NCBI GenBank assembly: GCA_002633005.1 | Contig: NMRA01000023.1 | Span: 302,580 to 366,579 of the forward strand | Direction: 5' to 3' | Length of the DNA stretch: 64,000 nucleotides | From: Phoronis australis | Taxonomy: Eukaryota; Animalia; Phoronida | In this document: piece by piece, positions 49,001 to 62,582 of the stretch | Layout: each line of letters begins with the position of its first letter | Position numbering within the stretch: the first letter of the stretch is position 1 | The notes under the pieces: model-generated | Databases searched by the model: none | What the model was told of the DNA's origin: nothing | What the model saw: the letters and a program-made list of their open reading frames with translations, nothing else | Program-made: the position numbers and the translations under genes

Positions 49001-52000
49001 CTCGCGAACTAACTTCTCAAGCTCCGCAATCACCTTGACATGTTTGTCTGTGCACTCCTGCATAGTCAATACAAAAAGGGTGCTACTGGCTGTCACTCCA
49101 TTTCCATGCTATTGAGGTCAAACCAGGGAAACAGGATGTTCTCCGAAAGCAATAAAACTTTTACATACGTGCATCAACAAGAACAACGCAATTTTGAAAG
49201 GCATCCCTGACTGCAGGGCAAATGGTGTTTCGGCATGTTTATTACTATCATAAGAATGGCTATAAGATGGAGTAGAATACACCAAATGCATCCGAAAATG
49301 AGAAGGTGTTGCACTGTTGACTCTGTGTAGCACAGAATACGTCAAAATAGAAAGGTGCTGTTGCCTTCACAATAGAAACTTGTATGTCAAATTTCATGAA
49401 AAGCTGTTAAAGGCAAACATAAGATTTAAAATTGCCACTAGGGAGCCAAAAACAGGCAGCCGCAGTCACGTTAATAGGATAACACTTGAAAAATTTCACA
49501 AAGTTCCTGTAAATGATGAAAAATAGAACTGATGCAAAAAGACAAAATCACCAAAAGGGGGCACCAAAGTAGTCACACCATCCAAAAATCAATGTCACTC
49601 ACAGGCTAGCTTCTAATGAGGAACACCATTGCTAAGTTTGTAAAATGATCCTTTGTGTGGTTTGGCCAATAAAGAGGCAGATACCAAAACACAGACTCGA
49701 TAAAAATAAAAAATGGCCACTAGGTGGTGGAAAACTACATTAAATTCACACAAACATGAAACAGCATCAAAACCTTATTTTTTGCCAAATTTCAAATTAA
49801 GGCAAACTGCGAAAAAATTAAACTGCACAACGGAGCACAGTTAGTAGCTGTAGTGATCTGGAACTCATCGTTATCCATTTTTAGCTCCATAGGAACACAT
49901 CCGCCAAATTTTACACAATGAAACAGTTAATGGGTAACCCCTGCAAGTGACTATTACACAATACAAATCAAAATAATATTTTTCATCTCCTAGTCTCAGG
50001 AGATGCAAGCTCAAATATCTGATTTTTTAAAAAAATATTAAAGTGATAATTTTTTGCAGTCAGGCTAAAAGGCATTTATAAATCCCAGGCATACCTTTTT
50101 AGTTAAAAGAATAAATATCAATACTATGCATAATAACTTTTTGTGAAAATGTTCTCATTCAGTGAAAGTCAAGGTAATCTTTGTAAAAAATATGATTTTT
50201 GGAAAAGACACGTTCATGGGATTGCAAACATAATTGCATTAGTTTCATGTGATGTGTTGCTATAAGAAACAGGAACTTAAAAACATTACTTTCTCTAAGA
50301 AATTACTACATAGGCAAGCTTTCTCTCGAGACCAAAGGAGCCATGCAACATCTGTCTGAGTAATGGTCTTGTACTTCTTGTATTAGGCAAAATAAACATT
50401 TAGGGTGTTAAGTTTCCCCAGCAAAGTTATAACCAAGACAAAAACCCATCCCTATATTAGCTGCTACCCCAGTGAGGGACTGGGCTGTATATTAGCTGCT
50501 ACCCCAGTGAGGGACTGGGCTGTATATTACCTGCTACCCCAGTGAGGGACTGGGCTGTATATTAGTTGCTACCCCAGTGAGGGACTGGGCTGTATATTAG
50601 CTGCTACCCCAGTGAGGGACTGGGCTGTATATTAGCTGCTACCCCAATGTGGGACTGGGCTGTATATTGGAAGAGCTGACACCAGTTGAAGCTGATCTGG
50701 ACAGAAAATGAAATTGGCCATTTGAATCCTGTGCCAAAATCTAACAAATTTTCACCAGAGAGGCACTACTGCCGAAACATACCAAAATCTAAAGGGTGTA
50801 ACAAATACATGAAAAGTCAAAATAACATAAAACTGCCCATCATCACTGGAAAATGGACATTTGTCTAATTATTTCTAGCATGCACAATGGGTGTTCAATC
50901 ATGTCTATGAGAACACTCTCATCGTGTTGAGATTCCTCACCCCATCTGCATGTTCAGTTTGTGAAAACTTGATAGCATCCTCCTTGGCCTCTAGTTCGCG
51001 TTGCAGTCTTTCCAACTCCAGCTCATCAGCCTCAGCCTCATCACGAGCTTCCTTCTTCTTTCTTTCCGCAGCAGCGACATTTTTCTGCAGCAGCTTAAGT
51101 TTCTTGGTCTTGTCAACTTGGAAACAACTCAGCGACTGTAAAATGTACACCACTTAGCACACACTCAAACAAATTCTTCCTAAGTCACATTGAGCAAATG
51201 CACTGATGAGGACAGAATCAGGGAATTAAGTGTCGGAGAGCTTCAACTGTAGGACAAGAACATTTTTGTTGCAGGCACTTTCAGACGTGCATTCCATGTT
51301 AATTGGTCGAATGTGAGGGTTGCTTAGGCCAGTGCAAACTGGTGTATATATAAGCATCTCAGCAGTTTAACCTAGTGGGATACATGTCCGTTTCCTTTAC
51401 TCAAGATTGCGGGTTCAAGTCCCACTGGAGCACACTGCTAGACCCTTGAGTCAGGCCTCATAATTCCTATGGGTCTACGGTCCAGGGTAGTGTACAAATT
51501 TATCTGTGCTGGATGTGGCTCCAGTTATATAGGCGAAACTGTTCGCCATTTGAAAACCAGGACCAAGGAACATCTAAATTCTGACAGAGGTTCACATGTA
51601 AATATTCACCTACAGAGTTCCAATCATTGTTATCAGCAGTGCTCTTTCAATGACTTTGCAATAATAGACCAGGCAGTAAAAACAAAGGAGCTTAAAATTT
51701 GTGAGGCTCTACACATCAGTTGGTGCAAGCCCAATCTCAATAGGCCACTGGCACACCACAGGTTGTCATTGTTGGTCTAGTTCATTGTCACTCCCTGTAA
51801 CTGAGAGTATCTGTGCTTCATTACTTGTTGCTGGGCCTAGCTAGGTAGCCACTGCATTCTCTCTTCTGATGATGGTGTTTGAATAAATGACACCAAAACA
51901 TGTCAAGTCGACTTAAAACCATTGTTGTTTCCCTTAAGTACATGCTTCTACTGTATACAGTATAGTTTCAAAATAAAGTAGAAGCATAAAGTTGGGCAAA

Positions 52001-55000
52001 ACTTTGTCAAGAATTATTTCTCATAGAGAGAAAAATAGCATAGCTACCAAACTTAAGTTCGACATTACTGCATTGTGATATGATAAAGAGTCAGGTGCAA
52101 AAGCAAAATATTTTCACAAATTCAGTCAGAATGAAACACGATATTCATTGAAATGCCATACTAGATATTTTGCAATGCTTTTGCATGGCAAAACTGTCAA
52201 AAATCAACACTGCAAAACTAATCTACCTCCCCCCAACAACATCACAGCTGACACAAGTCCTACTCACTTTCTTGAGTGCCATCAGATCAGCTTTGTGTTG
52301 TTTCCTTAGTTGGTCTTTCTCAGACTTGAGCCTGGCATCCATGTTCTGAATGGACATCTCTAGCCATGTATTCCTACGACCTGTAGGGGGCGGTAGCACG
52401 TTCTCACTTGGCAATCTGGGCAGTAAGGTGAACCATGATATAGAATTATAGGACAGAATTAAGGACCAGATGCCGTGGCAACTTCATGTTCAAGGAACAA
52501 AATAACTCACTGAAAAAATTAAATAAAAAATCATTTTCTTAAACAGGCAGACATGTAACATCTATTGTTAGGGCAAGTGTGACGGCAGTCAGGATTTTTA
52601 TGACGTCCGTCACCAAAAACCCTTGCCAGACCCACACTCCTCACTGTAGCTACAAACCACCACAATTACGTTAAGCTCATTTCACTGAATGTCCCATGCT
52701 GAAAAGCACCATCCAGTTATGGTACGCACATTTGAGATGAGGAAATGTCCTTAACGCGAGTCTCATTCTTGAACTTCAGTTCATGTTTGGCTCTCTTCAG
52801 ACTGGTGTGTCTCGTCTTTAGCGTAGCAACTTGGCGTTCAAGCTGAAAAAACATGGCAGCACTCACATTTATACATTCATTGGTTGACTTCAATTCACAT
52901 CAGGCTGATGTTAAATGTATCATTGCTCAATGATATCACTGGTAAGAAATCATATAAATTTTCAGAATTCACGATAATAAAATTATATCAACAGTTACAT
53001 TAAATATAAATTCTTATCAGTCTCTTACAAGTTCACAAAAAGGTTGCTATGAATTCAGAAACAAAATCTTTTATTAAGGGCTGTTCCAGCAAAATCTATA
53101 TGGGATGGGGGAAGGCACTTTTATTTTGTACCCACCACCCATATTTTTCATTTATTTCTCCAACCCATGACCCAAAATTTTTTAATTATTTTAATAGGTT
53201 ATATAAAATACAACACTTGCAAACAAATTGGCTCCAGGATGACCTGTTAAAAAACTTAGATGATTGACAGACAAGAACTAGTTGTCTTGTACAATATTGT
53301 CAAAAACTAAAGTAGCCTGTGAGCAATACTTTTGGCAGGTGTCTCTCTGTTCACCATGTGTCTAATTTTTTCAATTATAAGGATCTATGAATCTCAAACT
53401 GTCTCCACGAACTCTTTTATACTTCTGTGTCAAGTGAATATTGGAACTTGTTTATCTTACTCCTCATACTTTTTATTTAAAAATCATCAATTTTCTTATA
53501 TGTGTTAACACCAGTTTAGTGTTGCATAACTTTTCAATTCAATAGGACTGCAGACAAACAGTTGGCTCAAATCAAGTTGCCCATGACTTGATTAATGGCT
53601 TAGTGAACAAATTGCACTCTGTTCACTGGCAATATGGGCTTTGTTGTATTGGGATAAGTTAGGATATGTGCCATTTGCATTTTTTTGAGTTTTGACGGCT
53701 AAAGTAACCAACCTGTCAACATTAAAAGGTCAAAAAGTACAACCCATTCTTAATGCATCACAGGAACGACCACCCATAATTTGAGTTTTTTTCTGAAGAC
53801 CACCACCCATGAACTTTTATTTCTACTGCCATCCCCCCCCACATGAATTTTACTAGAACAGCCCTAAGTAAATTACGATCAGTCAAATTGCTTATGTGTG
53901 TGTGTGTGCATCTGTGCATGCGCGCATGTGTGAAAGGAATAATGAACAGTTAACCATTAATGTTTGCCTAAACATATATTTGCCACAAACATTAAATTAT
54001 TAGATTATTCAAGCTAACATTTGAAGTTTGGTCTACTCCGAACAAACATCATTCTACATGTTGAAGCATAGTTATCAGGCACTACAAAAACTGAGACACG
54101 AGTCCCATCTAATCACAGCAAAATGACTCCACTCGGAAGGCATCGTCATCTCCTTTACCTGTTTTCCAAATGTCATGAAAATCCATCACAGGACTCCAAA
54201 GATACAGTGGAAAACAGCCAAGCATGTTCTCAGTAGAAACACACCTGCCAATTTTCATGACGACTCGGTTATGAGCAGTTTTTCAGATAATAGGTATCAG
54301 ATGTACGACATAAATGTTAAGATTGTATCAGCATGTGGATTATTGATTTCGTAATCATAATGTCTTCGAGATGCATGCCCTTGTGACACGACTCCAGATC
54401 ATTACAAATCACCAAAGTGACTTGTACAAGAAAAACTGGTGCTTAAATTGGACAAATCAAAGTCAAGTGGTGTGTTTTTTGGTTACATAAGTGAGAATTC
54501 TTGCTGTTAGTGCCTTGGATCTATGGAATGCAACCCTGATAACTGTAAATCACTTACATCTTCAACTTTTTCCGTCAGCAGCATGAATGTCTTCTGCTCC
54601 TCTCGGCGGACGGCAGTGGCAGACGAAAGTCTGGACTGATAGCGTGAATGAAAAAACACCATTCAGTTTAACAGTTAAAGGAACATTTGGGTGTTGTTTA
54701 GCTAATGGGAATGTCTGGACCAGATCACTTTGAGGTTAAAAAAATACCTAATCTAGGATTGAATTGCAAAATGAGCCAGCATCTTAAGTTACAGGCAATG
54801 GATAAATGCACCATTTTCGAATTTACAATTTTAGGGTTGGCCAGCCCAATAAACATCTTGAGTCACTGATGGTTTCAATATCGTCTATTATTCATAACCT
54901 TAATCAACAGTGAACTCTCCTGGCAAGAAATCATGAGGATGATTTCATGAGCTTAAGTGGTTTAATTCATGTTTTGTTTGTGGCAACTAAACACTGAGGA

Positions 55001-58000
55001 AATACAATTTTCAATCAGTCAGCATCTAGTTGGTAATTGGGTTATGAATAGGAAGTGAGGATTGTACACAGACGGGTTAAGTAGCAATTATAGATACTTG
55101 CCAGTGAAACCTACAGAGATCACATATTTCAATTGTAATTTCCCACGAAGACATGTCCGTTTTTGACAAGTTAGCAAGATACAAGCCTCAATTGCAAATT
55201 CACATTTACATTATTTACTTGTACAAGGTAAGAGCTTAGAGAGAACCGGTAACTTTAATGGTTCTTCGTGTATAAGCATTGTAGCAGCCATTTTGTTCAC
55301 CACAAGTCAGAGGGTGAATTAGCATGAAAGTATGGATAGATGTATAATACAAACATAAATAACTTCTAACTTTGAAGAAATGGCCAAGAGTAATACAAAA
55401 CTTAGGCCAATTTGTGATCAAGTTGTCCAAAAATCAAGCTTAATAAGTTGTTCACAGTAACATCTATTCAGTAATTTTTCACAAAATACTAAATTTTGTA
55501 CTTGGCCAGTATCTAAATGTGGCTTTTAAGCTTTGGTTACATATGACATGTGAACGTAAATAATTATATTTTTACAGGACTGGTTTACTTTGGTTACATA
55601 TGACATGTGAACGTAAATAATTATATTTTTACAGGACTGGTTTACTTTGGTTTGAGTAGACCAATTCCTGGATCACCTGTTTTAGACTGTTTCTGCAACA
55701 TAATTGTTCAGACAGGAACACTGTCAGAACAATATAGACTTACTAGATAAAATGTTCAAGAGCACTGTCTTGCTGTTATTGTTTAGAACAAGAAAAAGTC
55801 TTCCATGTGGGAGCACTTTTTGGCCATAAGCAACCTGCTTCCAAAAATCATTGATAAAAAGTCATGCCCCTAACGTGAAAACATCTCATGCGTACTCTTG
55901 CATATGTATGACAAAAATGCCTAAAGCAAGTGATAGGCAAGATCTATACACTCGAGTTCTGGGATGTCCCAGACACAAAATAATTCATACAGGATTTACC
56001 TTTCCAAAAACTGATACAGTCAAATAATGGTGATCATAGTGTTGTGAACAAATAGCCATTTATACGAAAAATTCACTTTGTTTAAAGGTCAATGAAGTGA
56101 TAATCCCGTTCTAGCAAGAGAGGTCCCCGACACGCTAGAACGAGCATGCCGGCCTCATGGGACAAGTTTGACCGCGCTCTCTTCTGACCAAACTCAGGGA
56201 AGAGAGATACTTTATATGTAGCTTTTAGTGATCCTACACACTAAAGTTCACTCAAAATAAATAAACTGAAATGCGTCAAAAAAGCCATTATAAATAAACC
56301 AAACTGGACTCAGTTATGGAAATCTGTTTGCGAATCTTTGTGATCAGGCAAGCAAAAGCAGTGACTCAGAGATGAAATTCATGACCAAAGTTACTAAGCT
56401 ACCAAACTCCTCAATTTCATAGTATGCACACATTTATTATTATCTTGTGTTTTATGCCTTTAAAAATGGACAATTTCCGAAAGAACTTCTTGGACAAAGT
56501 AACTGACGTTTTCACAATGGCACAAAGTGCAAAAGACCAGCAAATTTCACAAGACATGAATTGCCCAATGGTTTGGCAGCATGGGTGAACTTTCATGGTG
56601 ATATTTTACATAATGAGAAAAATTTTAGACTCATGTTTCAAGAAAACACTCGTCTTGGTTAGGGGTCTTTATCACTCGGCATTGTGTCAGTTACCCATTC
56701 TTTCAGTTACTAAGCTGCTGTATTGGTCAGACTCTAATATCTTTGTACGTGGTATTATTCTTGACATTTTCAAAGACAAGTGTCTATTAATGTGTACTGC
56801 AGCACATTGTGGTTTAATCCTAGTTTGCATTTGATGATCCCAACATCCCAGCATTAAAGCTACAAGTTTAAGTCTCAGCTCAAAATCAAAAGATTGTACT
56901 TGAAATCTCCATACTTGAAATCTCCAGAACTGCAACTCAAATCTAGAGGTCATCAAGTTTGAACCAGTACTAGACACTCATTTGCATAAACCATAATTAA
57001 CTTGAGCACAGAATAATACTTATAACCTTGAGTGATGTGCACACTGGGAAATGTAGGTGAATAACTCCAAGTGACTATAATTGCAAATATTTCTACCCTA
57101 GGCATTGCATTTTGAGAAGTATTAAAGAGAAGCAGAAAATTTTTTCACAAACGATTAATAATTAATGGGAACAAAGTCATTCCGAATCGAGGCACGATTC
57201 TGAATCGGTTTTTGAATGGCATTGTCACTGAGTGGTGACAAGACTGTTTGGTAGGCCAGACATGAATGTCCCGTACCTCCAGCAATCAATAGTTGATGAA
57301 ACAGCCCTACATCTGACAAATGGAGATTTGGGTGCAGTTGTGGTGACTGCCTTGTTTAAATATGTGAACTTTCTTTTTTTTCAGCGAGATCACGGAATTG
57401 ATTTTACATGTACTTTCTTGGATTTCGAGTTGTGTTTTCCTTTAGTGACGACAACTAATGAAAAAAAGTCATCAAATCATTAGAACACTAATTTTGAACA
57501 GCAAACCCTGTCCACTGTTTGGGAGACAACCTTCAGGACCTTACCGAGCTTGAAGAAACAGAACTTCGTGTTGATGTCTTCCGTTTGCCAGGAGACACGG
57601 AGAGGCGGTTATCAGTAGTAGCCGGGACTGCTAACTGTAATATAATAAGCAAGATGATGTTGACCAAGTCTCTCAACAAGAAAAAATTACTCTGAAAAAG
57701 GCAACGCACTGGCTCTTTAACTTACAGTACCAGCCAAAAAAGAACAGACGAAATGGCCCATATCATTCCACGTCCAAAACAGCTGAGTGCAAACAGAATT
57801 CCGCACAATAATGGTTGCATGACCATCATAGTACGTTTTGTCATGATGGGTCATCCAATGGAAAGATAATAAAATGTAAAAGCTTCTTGCTCCTCCTATA
57901 TTTCAATTGTAAACAAACTTCCTAATAAGTTTAAACCGATGTAGCGTGCGATAAACGCAGACTGACATTAGGTCAGCTGTTGTCGCAAAACTAATTAAAT

Positions 58001-61000
58001 TATTGATGATAGTGCTTGTAAAATGTACTGCTCTCTGAGAACTGCATTTATTCCTGAGTGGTGCTGGCGTGAACCAAATAAACATGAATTTGTAAAACTA
58101 ATGAAAATGTCGGAGCCCATTGCTCAGATTAATCTAATGAAATTTGTATTTCACACCACTGCTCTCAGGGAAAAGCTGCTCAGCGTTATCCTGTAAATTT
58201 TATGTAACATGTAGGCCAAGGCCTTAAATGTTGAAATACATGAATTTGGATGCTGCGAAGTGAAGTAAATTATTGGCAAAACAGAGCTGCAGCACAAATA
58301 CAGTAGAAAGAACAACTAGAGGCAACTCACTGGACATGAATACCTTATTACCAACATTGGAATAGCAAAACAGAATTTTCTAAATATACTAAACAACAAA
58401 TGAGATCATCGTATGTTTGCTAAACTGGATAAACTACTCAAAACAGTGAAAGCACCATGCTTTTCACGCCTGATTTTCAGGAAACTGAGAATACGGACCT
58501 GATTCATACGTGAAGTGCAGTTGGAGCTTGGTAACAATTTGAAACGTATCTTGCGCCGATAGAACATAAATTTTGTAAGTCATTAAAAACAAAAGTCACA
58601 AAATGACCATGGTTATTGAAGCAAAACGGGTTACCGATTTAAGAGACATGGCTGTTTAGGGCATCTTTCAGTGGATCACACTGGTATAGAAGTTAGTTGA
58701 GCATGAGCTAGAAATGCTAAGAAAAATTGTGTACCTCATGAAAAGAATCCTAACCGGTCGAGATTGGGCAACTTGATGGGTCTGCGCGCACCTCGGAATC
58801 TCAGCTGCCGATTTAGATCACAGACACCATGCTGTTGGCTGCTGATGTTATTGTTCTTTAGATAATGAGACCCATCGTAAACACACTGAGGGCAACAATA
58901 GTTTTTAAAATTGGACAAGAACAAGAGTGACTTTTACAACCAAAAACATATGTTCCTCATTAAATTCTGCTGGGTGTACAACATAATTGAGCCAATTACC
59001 AAACCACCAAGCAGCGGATGGATTTTGAGGTAAGCCAATTTAGTGTTATCGTACAATTCTTGGCGTGTGAGTGATCCACTAAACCTGGTCTTAAAACAAT
59101 CCTTTTAATGGGGCAACTTCTGGTTACTGGAACAGGTCACTCAAAGACACAAAATGATGATGTTTCAAACCTAATCACACCACGATAAAAGACTTTGCAT
59201 TTCCAAACATGTCATCCAGGGCACCAGCAAGTAGGAAATGAGTGTCAAAAATTATCAATTTGTCGGGGTGTGCCAACCAACTGGGCTGCTTCAAGGTAAT
59301 GTCAAATAATCCTTCCATTCTCTTTGCTGCTATGCTGAAAGAAATTGCCAGACAAGTTTGTGACAATTAATTTTTTGTCATTTCTATTTTGGATCATGAT
59401 AGAGGATGATGTATACCTTAAACACCCAAAACTGAAGTCAACTACCTATATCATTCAATTTGTGACTTTTATTTTCTGACAAGCGCATCTTCTTAAAATT
59501 ATGTCCTATCACCAAATGACAAAACTTGTCTGAACTCAAAGGTGTCTGGAATATGTCCATTTGCTCAATTTCTTGAAAATTTGAAAAACAATGATGGTAC
59601 ACTTGGTGTATTTAGAAGTTTATATAAATTTCTGCTTTTGAAAAATGATGTGTTTTTATTACCTTTTGAGGAGTGATTCCTTGAACAGGACCATCATTGT
59701 CTGCAGTCCCTCCATCCACCATGACAGACGGTAGTTTTATATTCCGTGGAGTCCTTTTCTATTCATTAGATAACAGAAAGAATGAAAATAGTAGTATTTC
59801 AAAAGATAAACACTCAAGCAATCAACAAAGTATCATGGCAAAATGTCAAATTCAGACAATAACAATTTATTGTAATGCCCAAACTGATCTCACAATTCCC
59901 AAAGTCTTCTCTAAGCTTGTCGTGACTCACAACCATTATAAGGACATAATTTAGAACTGATAGAGCATTTATTTGATGGTACTTTTCCTTCAATTGTGAA
60001 AAACAATGAAAAATTAAAACCTCGTATGCTCTCCATACCACTTTTAAACAGGTGAAATATCGCCATATGGTCACAAGTAAAAATTGAGCAGATTACCAGC
60101 TTGAGCTTGAAACTTTACCCAATAGTTTAGAAAAGAAGCCTTGCTGGAAATAAACCCTCAATGCCAAGACTGTAAAGTGAATGTCTCTAATACACATACC
60201 ATGTTTTCAGAATTCATGAATTTTCCAAGACATAAAAATCTTATTTCATATTTTAGTCTGTTTCGCCCACATAACTGATGTTTCAGGTCAAACATTTACT
60301 AAATGAATGGAAATGAAACAAGTGGCAATATTGTTGAGTTATCGTAGTAATTACATATTCAAACCCTCAATATATTTTAATGTTAAAGAACTTAAATCAG
60401 ATAGGGACCTCAGTCTTCCATGATAATGCCAAATAATGTTCTCAATCAACTTATGGGAATGGTGCCTGTGCCTTCTTACTGGGGAGTTTTTCCAGTGACT
60501 GGAAATTCCTGAGAGTTTGCATGTGGTGAAAGTGATTCTAAACTGCAGGAGAATTCTCAATAAGTCAAAGAAAAATTTTCAGGCCTGGTGATGGGAATTT
60601 CCAATGTTTAAAAATCTTTCTGTGAGGGGAATAAAACTGATATTCAGCACCACAAAATCAAAGCATCAAGGACCCTGCCAAATTTTGATTCATACCATTG
60701 CCAAATGTGAAATTGCTCAAGGGAAGAACTTACAGTTTGAGAATAGACTCTAAATATACAAGCTGACAGGGCGTGTCATTTCATTTGCGAAGCGAAGGCT
60801 CTTGAAAACAATAACGATCTGTCAGTTCTTTGCAAGATCAAAAATTACTTGTCACTTGAAGTACAGAACAAGCAGAGACCAATTTTACAACGGTAAATAA
60901 ATAATCTAATCAAATGTTAGTTTCTTCAACAAAACTCTGACTTGATTTCTACCATTTTAACAAGACCATGTCTCTGTTTTTTTAGAGTAAAGAGGTAAAG

Positions 61001-61871
61001 AGCATTTTGCAAGCCAGAAAAATTGGCAGTAGAACAGGGCTTTGAAACTGTTATCCTTTGCAAGATGTATTTGCAAGCTCCTAACTATGCCAGAATGAAT
61101 GTATACCAAGAACTAAACAACAATGCTATTTTAAAATTAATCTATGCTAAACAAAGTACAGTTGTATTCATTGACAACTTGTAATGTGAAAACAAAAATT
61201 TTGCAAATAGGTGACCTTTAATTGTGCTATAATGATGTGCCTTGGGGGCTCACATAGCACACAACATGCAGTGTTATTCCCCAGCAACACGTCATGATAC
61301 TTACTGGACATGGTTGAGTGATTTACGGTGATCATTTTTGACACAAACTCGTTCTTAAAAAATTTGGTGATTTTCAAGTGAACGTACTTCATATACACAT
61401 TGTCGCTATATGTTGAGTTTCTAACAAATTTGACCTCTGCAAGCAGTCACTGAGATAAGGAATTAGCATGCAAGTTTCATTTTAAACTTAATTATTTGCA
61501 AAATTACATATTAGGCAAAAATAAGCATAAATGGTCCTAGTGTGTGTCTAATTCATTTTGAAACCAGACCCTCAAAGCTGACATGAGGTGGCGCTGATCA
61601 GTAAAGAAAGGAAGGATCCAGACCCAATTTTAGCTGAGATCAGGTAACACCGAGAGGGAATAAGATCCTAAATCGCTTCAACTTTGTGAATCCCAACCTA
61701 CTTCAGCTGATATCAGGTGAATTTCTTTGTGAAATCATTGAGAACAACAAAAACCACGTCACCACAACTGTAACTTGCAAAACACACACCAAATCAATTA
61801 TGCATTTTTGCCGCAACTGTAGAAAGCAAGATTTCAGCTGTTGATATGTGACTTTCACTTACTGCAGGCAT
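46090..61871 (-). CDS. uncharacterised coiled-coil protein, ~346 aa, 10 coding exons
   Basis: Phase-consistent GT-AG exons: 61871-61863 (ACC ATG CCT GCA), 59758-59663, 57634-57545, 54635-54558, 52842-52730, 52415-52268, 51135-50941, 49057-48866, 48135-48047 and 46120-46090 (TAG). Total 1041 nt. AATAAA lies at 45913-45908. The N-terminus is Ser-rich, followed by E/K/L-rich heptads. Additional exons are possible. Confidence 0.75.
46177..47725. mobile_element. non-autonomous IS3EU-like element with foldback-type subterminal 21-bp arrays
   Basis: Perfect TIR TACGGTGGCCCGAAAGTATCATCGCTA at both ends; 6-bp TSD GACATC (46171-76, 47726-31). Arrays of GGTGGAAATTATTTCAACCTA/TTTCACCCG at ~46237-46460 and, inverted, at ~47434-47668. 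Lies in the last intron of the coiled-coil gene. Confidence 0.85.
50453..50668 (+). repeat. 35-bp minisatellite, 6 copies
   Basis: Unit TATATTAGCTGCTACCCCAGTGAGGGACTGGGCTG; few variants. Confidence 0.95.
51361..51460 (+). mobile_element. tRNA-derived SINE-like head
   Basis: A-box-like TAACCTAGTGG (~51368) and B-box GGTTCAAGTCC (~51412), followed by cccttgagtcaggc, typical of SINE bodies. Confidence 0.55.
51461..51930 (+). mobile_element. Penelope-like retroelement 3' fragment (GIY-YIG endonuclease + pLTR)
   Basis: IPMGLRSRVVYKFICAGCGSSYIGETVRHLKTRTKEH...EALHI...PNLN, stop at 51780. Confidence 0.85.
51863..51907 (+). ncRNA. minimal type I hammerhead ribozyme of the Penelope pLTR, core-mutated
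   Basis: ctt-CTGATGA-t-GGTGTT-tgaataaat-GACACC-AAAA-CATG-TC-aag: CUGAUGA box, stem II, palindromic ACAUGU and a GUC site; the GAAA box reads AAAA. Confidence 0.6.
53078..53864. mobile_element. PIF/Harbinger-type MITE
   Basis: TIRs GGGCTGTTCCAGCAAAAT / ATTTTACTAGAACAGCCC; TAA TSD at 53075-77 and 53865-67. Confidence 0.8.
55531..55652 (+). repeat. exact 57-bp tandem duplication
   Basis: ctttggttacatatgacatgtgaacg...ggactggttta occurs twice (55531, 55588), bounded by CTTTGGTT microhomology. Confidence 0.9.
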
Positions 61872-61914
61872 GGTAACTAATTATTGGATGACACGCCTTT
61901 ATTATAGAAGGCAC

Positions 61915-62135
61915 AAGAACACACGTCCTTTACATGGAAGACTTGTTGACACCTCTTTGGTGTGAAAGGCTTCAGAAAACACCCTTCTTCCAGAGAATTT
62001 GAAGACAAGTCTTTTATGTGGAAGACTTGACGACACGTTTTCGATAAGAAAGGTTTCAGTACACGTCCTTCTTCCAGAGACCTCGAGGACACATCCTTTA
62101 CACGGAAGACTTGAGAGATGCGTTTGTCTTCTGGA
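61915..62135 (-). repeat. three ~84-bp repeats in the probable 5' UTR exon of the coiled-coil gene
   Basis: GGAAGACTTG at 61936, 62020 and 62104; acceptor ttgttttag at ~62149; all frames are closed before ATG 61871. Confidence 0.6.
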
Positions 62136-62582
62136 AAACTTGCTTAATCTAAAACAACAGTGTAAGCTTACAAAGACAACATGTGTATAGAGAATAACAT
62201 TTAATAACCTCAGAAGTATTTTTTCACAAATTGAAATTGCACAGCATTCTTTACTAGGATAAGCACTCTACTGTGCAGCGGTGAATATACAAGTCAATTC
62301 ACTCCATTGCGTTGTTACTCTGGCAGTTTACACAAGATAGGTTGGGGGCATATCGGTAAAGGGAGTAAGTTGCAATGTGTTTTTTCCTTTCTTCTGTAAT
62401 GTATTCACGGTTATGCAGGATCTTATTTACTACGTCACTGTATTTAGCCTTAATATTTACAAAACCACACATTCAACTCAGTAAAAGCACATGGAAGTAG
62501 AAAACTTGACACAGAATTTAGTTAGGCCCATGCAAAAGCGAGCAGTTGAAGCAGGGTCATTTTTAGTATTAGTAAGACTATA

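Noticed and set aside
49430-49820. Degenerate GCCACTAGG / CCAAATTTCA repeats suggesting a Helentron-associated satellite
   Set aside because: Too decayed to define a unit or boundaries by eye.
50453-50668. 35-bp repeat as a CRISPR repeat
   Set aside because: Head-to-tail with no spacers; an ordinary minisatellite.
51201-51235. CTGATGAG as a second hammerhead core
   Set aside because: No proper stem II followed by GAAA and no cleavage-site helix.
51361-51430. Functional tRNA gene (also 663-735)
   Set aside because: A/B boxes only; acceptor and anticodon stems are not convincingly formed.
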